Positions 56,474 to 64,000 of a DNA stretch of 64,000 nt are shown here, in pieces. A program made the translations under genes and the position numbers. The stretch comes from Histomonas meleagridis 2922-C6/04-290x (Eukaryota; Protista; Parabasalia). The notes beneath the pieces were generated by a model. That model was not told the DNA's origin and ran no database searches. It worked only from the letters and a program-made list of their open reading frames with translations. The stretch's first letter is position 1, and the number at the start of each line of letters is the position of its first letter. The stretch spans positions 248,001-312,000 of the forward strand of contig JAANOX010000081.1 of assembly GCA_020184695.1 (NCBI GenBank). Direction: 5' to 3'.

Positions 56474-57046
56474 AATAATTATTGTCCAACAAACTGCCCT
56501 TATTTCATCTAGTTCAGGACCACTTTTGAGAGAAATTCCCATGGGCACCAAATCCACTTTTTCATATAAAATAAAGTTATCAATAAATTTGTAAATTAAA
56601 CAAATTTTACTTTTATGTGCTTGATTAAGCAAAGAGTTAGGCGTGCCTTCAAAAAAGTCCAGTTTGACCTCATCCAACCATTATTTAGTTGGTTCAAGTT
56701 CAAAGGCACTGGGTTTGTATCATTTTTGTGACTGTGAAATAGATTTTCAGCGATATTATAACATAATTGAAATCAATTTTTGAATGATATGCATAAGAAA
56801 TCTGTTACTTCATGGTGGTGTTGTCAGGAATTCCATTTTTTTCATTATTTTCACATTATCGATTTGTATCTCCGTATTACACAAAAAAATTATAAACTAT
56901 TCAAAAACAGTGATCACTGTTTCGGTTAATATATATAGAATTATTTTTAAAAACATAAACTTCACAAAATTCAATAGGAAATTTTGAATCCATTAAAAAA
57001 GTGAATATTACTAAGTTGCGAAAGCTTTTATTGAAAGCTCAGCTTC

Positions 57047-57754
57047 TTATGCCCAAGCTTGGTCAGCCAATGTGTAATCATCGACGTATGGGTTTCTGTT
57101 ACCTTGTGTTTGGTTGATTCTATCGTTACGGGTGATTTCTTGTTGGTTAGGTGGATATTCTCTGTTCCATTTCAAGAATGTTTGGAGGTTACCAACTTGG
57201 GAAATGTCATAGCTGTCGTACATTGTGTAGAAGTAGAGAACGCCACGAGCAATTTGACCACGGTCAGCTTTTCTTGGCATCCATCTGTTGCCTTGGAGTA
57301 AGCAAGAGTATTCATCTGGGTTAGATGGTTTTGAGGTTGAGCATTGAGAACCTTTGCAGAACTTCTTGCATTGGCTATAGTCATCTTCTTCGAATGGGAA
57401 GTTAGATCTAGCACTGTTAACCTTTGAAGCAGATGGGTAAAGATGGTGGATATCAGAAACCATGGGTGATTTCTTTCCGAAGAAGCTTTGTGGAACGCTA
57501 TGTTCGCAGTTAATATCGTTAGCAGATGGTTTTGAGGTTCTTCCGCACTTCCATGGGTATGTGGTTCCAGAGTAGATTAAGAACATTTGACCATCAGTGC
57601 AATCAATGTCGTTATACATGTAGACACGTGCAGTGCTGTATGAGAATGCAGTGTGATCTTTGTATTCCCTCTTAAGCTTTTGACGGAGTGATTCTCCCTT
57701 AAGTCCGTTTGTAGGGATGTGCTTGTTAATGAGGCACAAAAGGAAAGCAAGCAT
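57047..57754 (-). CDS. Endonuclease I family (His-Me finger) nuclease of bacterial type, probably secreted
   Basis: INCEHSVPQS, SDIHHLYPS...VNSARSNFPF, PRKADRGQIARGVLYF, WNREYPP..E..RN..I...QGNRNPYVD. Short hydrophobic N-terminus MLAFLLCLI. Confidence 0.88.
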   Translation of the reverse strand: MLAFLLCLINKHIPTNGLKGESLRQKLKREYKDHTAFSYSTARVYMYNDIDCTDGQMFLIYSGTTYPWKCGRTSKPSANDINCEHSVPQSFFGKKSPMVSDIHHLYPSASKVNSARSNFPFEEDDYSQCKKFCKGSQCSTSKPSNPDEYSCLLQGNRWMPRKADRGQIARGVLYFYTMYDSYDISQVGNLQTFLKWNREYPPNQQEITRNDRINQTQGNRNPYVDDYTLADQAWA

Positions 57755-58615
57755 TTAAAAATGTGGGCTCCAAAAGTGGATTTTAAAGCATTGAAAATTG
57801 AATAGTTGTTAGTGTATTGATTTGAATGCAGCCCCAACCTAAACTGTCAAATTTGAATGCATAGTTTTCGCAACAAACCGAAATTGAAATGTTCATGGAC
57901 AAAAATGTATTTTTTCCGTTAACATCAAAGCACTTTAAAAAAATAATTTAAAGTAAATAAATAAATATATTATTTATTATTTAGAGAAGTTAAATAATAT
58001 TAATACAAAATGTACACGAATTTATTTCTATTTATTAATTTGAATACCTCAGAAAATTAAGTCATATGACTTTTAACCACGTTTTTGAGCTGTTTATGGG
58101 TTTTATCGTAAAAAATGCGTTCCCTTGGTGTGCCAAACAAGTTTCCATGCATCATATGAATAAGATTCTTCATCACCTTATTGTTCTTTTTATTTATAAC
58201 GATTAGTCATCATCACATTAAAAGATAAATGTGTTTATAACCAAATATGTGATTGTAAAATTCACTTTCTGTAGTTTACATATGTTTGCTTGGCAACCGG
58301 GGAAGGTGTTTTGCAGCTGTGATGGTTAAAAATGAAATTGCATGACTGAAAATGATGTTTTGTTTATAATAAAATTAGGGAATAATTTTTTGTTATTAAA
58401 AATCTGAGTGAGATTATACTAATAAACCATGGTACTGTTAAAATCCTTAGCAATTAATTTCTGAGATGATGAATTTATGTTCTAATTCTCGTTTCTTTAA
58501 CTATACTCCACTTAATGATATCTTAATAAATGAAATAATGTAATATGCATATCATCTTTTGAATCTTTATAATACTCAGTTACATCTTCCTCAACCACAG
58601 TTCCATCACGAAGAC

Positions 58616-58877
58616 TTTATCAGAATCTGGAGATTGTGTTGATTCTGCATATTACTATGAAATTGAATATGTCCCAATCGAAAATGTTTTTAACACTGAA
58701 ACAAAAATTTAATCCGAAAGTTTATGTGTTTTCAGTGCAAAATGTGTATATGAACTTATAATAATAAGGATAGGATTCAAAAATGAAACTGAGTTGTTTT
58801 TGTCGGAAGAAAGACTAAACACATTAAACGCTGACTTTATATCAGGAGAAATAATAAATAGTGCTATAAAACGATAG
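58616..58877 (+). pseudogene. Possible decayed coding fragment with an in-frame stop
   Basis: TLSESGDCVDSAYYYEIEYVPIENVFNTETKI*SESLCVFSAK...; the ENVFNT motif recurs in the 63.3-kb ORF. No start codon. Confidence 0.25.
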
Positions 58878-59376
58878 CAGCTTATGCCAAAAATCCAAAA
58901 ATAAATAAATCAACTGTTTCGGTTATTTTTCCAAAAAAATGAATTTTATATTTGAGCGTTCATGAGTTTGATTTATTTGAAACTTATTTTATTAAGTTAT
59001 ATGTGATTTATTTCATTTTATTTGTTATATTTGTTTCTATCTCCCAGTTTTTCATATACGAATTTACTCATTTTGCACAGTGATACTATCCTATTTTTTT
59101 GAACTGAGTTTTCAAGAACTTTTCCATATCATTTAATGAAGCACTGAATGATGAAATTTCATTATTAATTTTATGTTTTTTGTTCACACATTTACATATT
59201 ATTCAACATAATTTTATATATTTCTTTCAAAATCTATTGAACCCTTCCATGGATATTCTAAAGTCCTTCTTCAAATGGATGCGATTTCCCAATTGACATG
59301 AAAATGATTTGTGAAAAGTAATACAAACAAAACGCATAATTACATATATCATTTTTACAAACACAAAATGGATATT

Positions 59377-62304
59377 TCAAAATTGGCAATCGAAGCTCGT
59401 CAAAATTGCCTGCACGTTTGCTCTTAAGAACTCGTCATCAGATTTTGCGAATTTCTGCAAGAACTGCAGCACGCCGACTGACTTAATTATTTTTCTAGTT
59501 TCGTCGAACACGCAAAACACAGCGAATGGTTGGATCAACATTTTCAACATCTCTTCGCCGCTCATCATTTTCTTAATCAATTTTTCCAATGCTCCAATTT
59601 TGATCAAGTTTAAAACTCTTTTTTCATTTTTTCGTATATAATTTGCGATTACATAACATGTGAACTCGACCATTTTCATATCTTTCGAATCAATTAAGTC
59701 GACTAAAACTGAAACAATTCCATTAACATATATAGAGATATCATCCGAATAATATAATTCATTCCCTAAAATCATCAAAACAAATTTATTAACATTAATT
59801 TCATTAATTAATATCGGAATTATTATGTCAACAAATTCGTTTGGTATTTGAACATATTTTGTAATGTTAGCTAATAAACTTGAAACTCGAACATTTAATG
59901 TTTTATTATTGAACTTTAATATGTTAATAATTATATTATATATATTAAAATTAATTAGTTCAGTTACATATTCATTTGAAATCCGTGCTAAATGTGAACA
60001 TATTATTAATGAATATTCGATAATATCATCAATAGAGAAAATTGTTGTTAAAATTTCGTTTAAATTATTTGTTATTGTTTGGCATTTGTTATCATATGAT
60101 AAAATTATATAACTAAGTAAAATGATTAATGAATTAATAGTATTAATTTCATTAGTTTTAGTAATTGTTCTACAAATTACTGAAATTGCTCCTGCGTCAC
60201 TAATGTTATGTAATATTTCGTTATTAATTTCATTCGATAATATATAATTACTAATCATCTCTGAACATATATTAATATTAAACAATGTTAAAAACATTGA
60301 AAGATTTGAGTTGATGACTTCGGTCGGTAATTTTAAGATCGATTCTAATAACGATGGAATATGTATAGGTAATAAATATGATATTCGTTTGATACATATA
60401 TCAAACAGTAAGTCATCAATCGTAATACTTTTAAATGGAGATTCGCCAATACATATATAACTAATGACATCAAGTGTTTCATGTGGTACTTGTGTTCCAA
60501 TTGTTAATATAGTTTCAATGTTTTGTTGAACGAATAAGAAAGTGTTGATAAAATTGTTGAATTTGGTTAAGTTAATCTGTGTTGGAATACGACGTTGGAA
60601 CTCGGGATTTTGTTTAAGAATAAAAAATGTTTTGGAACAAAATGATATAGCTGAAGAAAAACTGGAAAATTGTTGTATGCTTTTGGGTATATTTTGTAAG
60701 AGCAAAAATAAACTATCTAAAAATGTTGGTAATGGAATAATATATTGAAATGACGTGTTGTTACGTTCAATGATTCTAGAGAGAACCGTTAAGGCCGAGG
60801 CGGTTACTATCGGTAGGTGGCGGTTAATGGCTGATGTGATCAAAGGAACATATTGGGACGAATTGGAGCCACAAAGTGTATCAAGAAAAGTTTCAGAACA
60901 CTCAGTAAGATAACACATAAAAGAATATGATTTTGAGAGTGATTCCGAATTTGAAACATAAAAGATGGAAAAAAGAGAGTTGCGGAGACGAATAGAAAAT
61001 TGACTAGAAAGTATGGGAATTTTTACAGGTGATTCACTAAGATAAATTTTAGAGATTGAATATGGGATGATTAAAAGTTCGGTATAAAAGTCAATGAGAG
61101 ACGTAGTAAGTTCTATGTTAGAATTAGTAAGAAGTGATACGCCAGAAGAAAGAGGTGTTAAGTATTGCTTAGAATTTTTTTGAAGAAGATATGTTGCAAT
61201 GTGAATTGAATCTTCAACTGCACCTGGTATCGAAATGAAATCAGAGAAATGAATTGCAAATGATGAAAAAAGAGCGCTTTTGTCTGTTTGAGATTCTTCT
61301 TCCAAAATTTTGGATAAATATTTTACAGATTTGACAATGTTTTCATGTGTAAAATTCGACGGGTTTGCAAATACTGATTGATAATTTATTCCAATTTCAT
61401 TTGGATGAAAATTTGATATTTCTGGATCTTGAAGTGCACTTGAAAATTGATCGGATTTATATTGAAAAAACGTATCGTCAAACGGTTGGAGCTTAACGTT
61501 CGCAATGAATGGGTGTGAAAGAAGTTCTTTGCAGGAAGGACGCTTCGTGGGATCCTTTTGAAGCATTTTGGATAGAAAATCTTTGAAACTATCTGAGATT
61601 GGATCAATCCAAGCAATTGATTCCTTTGAAATCATTTGTATTAATGTATATATTGAATTAGTATAAAATGGTGGCTTACCATAATATAGCTCATAAAGAA
61701 TGATACCAAGTGACCAAATGTCGATTTTCTCGTCATAAGGTTGCTCTTGAACAAGTTCAGGAGCCATGTATAATGGTGTTCCTTTAATTGACGTAAGAAC
61801 AATGGTGTTGGCTGAAAGTGCTCTGGCAAACCCAAAGTCACAAAGTTTTACTGATTCATTTGCACAAACTAAAATATTTTGTGGTTTGATATCCCTATGA
61901 ATTATATGATTTTCATGAAGATTTCCAACTGCTGATACAAGCTGGGCAGCAATATGAGATAAAACTTCCTCTGGAAGCGTTTGGTTGTCATCAACAATTT
62001 GAAATAAATCACCTCGAGCAAGCTCTGAAATAACACAAAAATCTGTTTTTGTTTCTAAAACATCTAGCATTCTCATCACATGAGGGTGATTAACTTTACG
62101 TAGGATATCTATTTCTCTACGGAATGAGATTATATCTTCTGGCGTTTGCCCAAGCTTATTAATCATTTTAATAGCAACGAATCTACCCGTATACTTTTCT
62201 CGTGCTTTGAATACTCGCCCAAATGAACCTTCTCCAATTTGGTGGAGAAGGTGGTAATTTTCCATTGCTGACAGATTGTTTTTTGTGAGAAAATATTTTG
62301 GCAT
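59377..62304 (-). CDS. STK36: Fused/STK36 (ULK family) kinase with C-terminal ARM/HEAT region
   Basis: MENYHLLHQIGEGSFGRVFK...HRDIKPQNIL...LCDFGFARALSANTIVLTSIKGTPLYMAPELVQEQPYD closely follows the Fused signature. The true start may be the Met at 62265. Confidence 0.9.
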   Translation of the reverse strand: MPKYFLTKNNLSAMENYHLLHQIGEGSFGRVFKAREKYTGRFVAIKMINKLGQTPEDIISFRREIDILRKVNHPHVMRMLDVLETKTDFCVISELARGDLFQIVDDNQTLPEEVLSHIAAQLVSAVGNLHENHIIHRDIKPQNILVCANESVKLCDFGFARALSANTIVLTSIKGTPLYMAPELVQEQPYDEKIDIWSLGIILYELYYGKPPFYTNSIYTLIQMISKESIAWIDPISDSFKDFLSKMLQKDPTKRPSCKELLSHPFIANVKLQPFDDTFFQYKSDQFSSALQDPEISNFHPNEIGINYQSVFANPSNFTHENIVKSVKYLSKILEEESQTDKSALFSSFAIHFSDFISIPGAVEDSIHIATYLLQKNSKQYLTPLSSGVSLLTNSNIELTTSLIDFYTELLIIPYSISKIYLSESPVKIPILSSQFSIRLRNSLFSIFYVSNSESLSKSYSFMCYLTECSETFLDTLCGSNSSQYVPLITSAINRHLPIVTASALTVLSRIIERNNTSFQYIIPLPTFLDSLFLLLQNIPKSIQQFSSFSSAISFCSKTFFILKQNPEFQRRIPTQINLTKFNNFINTFLFVQQNIETILTIGTQVPHETLDVISYICIGESPFKSITIDDLLFDICIKRISYLLPIHIPSLLESILKLPTEVINSNLSMFLTLFNINICSEMISNYILSNEINNEILHNISDAGAISVICRTITKTNEINTINSLIILLSYIILSYDNKCQTITNNLNEILTTIFSIDDIIEYSLIICSHLARISNEYVTELINFNIYNIIINILKFNNKTLNVRVSSLLANITKYVQIPNEFVDIIIPILINEINVNKFVLMILGNELYYSDDISIYVNGIVSVLVDLIDSKDMKMVEFTCYVIANYIRKNEKRVLNLIKIGALEKLIKKMMSGEEMLKMLIQPFAVFCVFDETRKIIKSVGVLQFLQKFAKSDDEFLRANVQAILTSFDCQF

Positions 62305-62432
62305 ATTATTTTTTTATGTATTTCAAACTAATCTAAATATTTCTCGTTTTTCGATATTGTTTTCAATTTGCGATTTGCATTAAATTCAAAAATTGTTAAA
62401 AATTTTCAATGATGTATTTATTTATTTTTTCT

Positions 62433-62729
62433 TTAGTCAATATATGATATTTCAACCCTGCTCATTAATGGTTTAATTAAATCGAGATTTACATCAAACC
62501 ATCTTATTAATAATGGTTTTAATCTTTTTTCGCATCGTTTAAGTTTGATATTTAAATATTTTGAAAACATTGTTGCTATAATAAGGATGTCACTTAGTTT
62601 TAGTGTATCCCAACCCAATTTTCGAAATTCTTCCCAAGCAGGCGAATTTTTATAATCAAACAAATTATAACAATCCATCCGAGAGTATCTTTTTTCTTCT
62701 TTATTTAGGGGATGATCAACATCAGCCAT
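62433..62729 (-). CDS. Small basic hypothetical protein (98 aa)
   Basis: ATG-started ORF; the L..IA..F...LNIKL.R.EKR.K..LIRWF..N pattern looks like a small trichomonad family, function unknown. Confidence 0.6.
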   Translation of the reverse strand: MADVDHPLNKEEKRYSRMDCYNLFDYKNSPAWEEFRKLGWDTLKLSDILIIATMFSKYLNIKLKRCEKRLKPLLIRWFDVNLDLIKPLMSRVEISYID

Positions 62730-62933
62730 AAGTTTAAAATAGTTTTTGTGTTTCTAAATCTTTAGTTATATGACTGAATTTGTGGTTTAACTTTCCAAAA
62801 TTTCTCTGGGTCTGCAACATTTTGTCGATATCTGCTTGTGAAAGACATCCTTTCTCACTCTTCAGGTTACCTGCCGAAACATTCTGTGGTACGCCGCGTG
62901 GTGCTGGCGGAATACCTGTTAAAACGAATGCAA

Positions 62934-63709
62934 TTAAATTTCATCGAAAAGATGCAAAAAGTTTTCAAATGAATTCCACGAAAAATTCATTGGTGCAGTA
63001 GGCGCTTGCATATATTATGAAATTCTTTCTTTTTTGGAATCACTTGGATATGGGATGTATTCTTACTCATATTTTGAAAATTCAATTGAAAAAAGTAATG
63101 TGTTTCTCTTTAAATATTTCCAAAGATTTGGAATACCACCTTCAAAATCATTAATTATGGCTGTGCAGCAAAGAAATATGTAAATAACTCGTTACGTTTT
63201 CAAGCAACCAGGAGTTAATATAAATGAAGTATATAATATTTTTATAATTGCTTTGCAGTTTTCATTTTATGTTTATTACAGCACTTCACAAAGCAATTGA
63301 ATGGAATAACATGGAAGCAGTAAGTTTAAGCATTATATTGTTACCAAGTAAATATCCAGATGAATTCAATGAGAACGTATTTAACACAACAGCGAAAGAT
63401 CGCATCAGTATTTGTTTACCAAACAGAGATTCATATGATATTTATGAAAAAGACTGCAACAGCGAAAAATATTGGAAAGGAATTAATATCGAAATTGATG
63501 ATAATTTAGAAGACAAATGTAAAACATACAGTGATTTCACGAAATCTTTAGATATTAAAACTATCATCATAGTTTCGTGTGTTGCAAGTGTTGTTGTGGC
63601 ATCAGGGTTTGTTATACTTTTTTGTTTGTATAGAAAGAACAAAAAAGAACGCGAAACACTCGAAAATACACCGCACTTAAGTATATCCATAGTCTACTCT
63701 GTCATTTAA
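62934..63709 (+). pseudogene. Chimeric remnant: ankyrin-like fragment (with in-frame stop and insert) joined to a membrane-protein C-terminus
   Basis: FIGAVGACIYYEILSFLESLG...SLIMAVQQRNM*ITRYVFKQPGVNINE [insert] TALHKAIEWNNMEAV, then ENVFNT...TM helix IIIVSCVASVVVASGFVILFCLY. Confidence 0.4.
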
Positions 63710-63812
63710 AAAAAAAAAAAATTTAATCTAACACATATTTATGCCATCAAATTTAATCGAAATTTTAATAAAAAATTTTATTACAATTAATTTTATCTCT
63801 TTATCGGATAGT

Positions 63813-64000
63813 TTAATATACATTACATGCTTCCTTGTTAGTTTTCTTTTTTGGTTTCTTATCTTCTGCAACTTGCGCTTGCGCTTCCGCTTCTTCTTTC
63901 TTTTCCTTGGCTTCTCTTTCCTTGCGCTCTTTTATAATTTTTCCTGCTTCAAAAAAAGTTTCATTAACATTGATATTGGACTTTGCTGACATTTCAAATA
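63813..64000 (-). CDS. C-terminus of a Ras-superfamily small GTPase (5' part outside the window)
   Basis: FEMSAKSNINVNETFFEA (G5 motif), a charged hypervariable region, and CaaX-like CNVY followed by a stop at 63813. Confidence 0.8.
   Translation of the reverse strand, partial: FEMSAKSNINVNETFFEAGKIIKERKEREAKEKKEEAEAQAQVAEDKKPKKKTNKEACNVY

Noticed and set aside
182-63989. The many 60-220 aa track ORFs antisense or out-of-frame to real genes (e.g. 20411-21073, 17279-17668, 51305-51733, 63741-63989)
   Set aside because: Shadow ORFs produced by the codon bias or repeats of the genes they overlap; no independent motifs.

Overview
AT-rich, gene-dense eukaryotic DNA. It is most likely a parabasalid protist (Tritrichomonas/Trichomonas-like), inferred from R2R3-Myb genes, a DUF3447-type ankyrin gene, a Pmp-like surface protein and TCAY initiator-like motifs. 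About 30 coding regions are present, including an outer-arm dynein heavy chain, beta-adaptin, BBIP1, PEN-2, RPL34, a Bub2-like TBC protein, a CDK, NOT3, PP2A-B56, UBA2, PAT10/Asterix, 14-3-3, V-ATPase E, PRP3, an HMG-box protein, a bacterial-type endonuclease I and Fused/STK36. Non-coding features include a 20-bp satellite and a MITE-like element. The main result is that ankyrin-repeat genes are interrupted, always at the same codon position of the repeat, by AT-rich inserts of almost invariant length (51 nt + 9-nt micro-exon + 17 nt, or 17/18 nt alone). These inserts have no GT-AG ends, and removing them restores long intact ORFs. They are candidate non-canonical ultra-short introns or another precise excision/recoding system. 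No RNA data are available, so removal itself is inferred. No rRNA, tRNA or CRISPR array was recognised.
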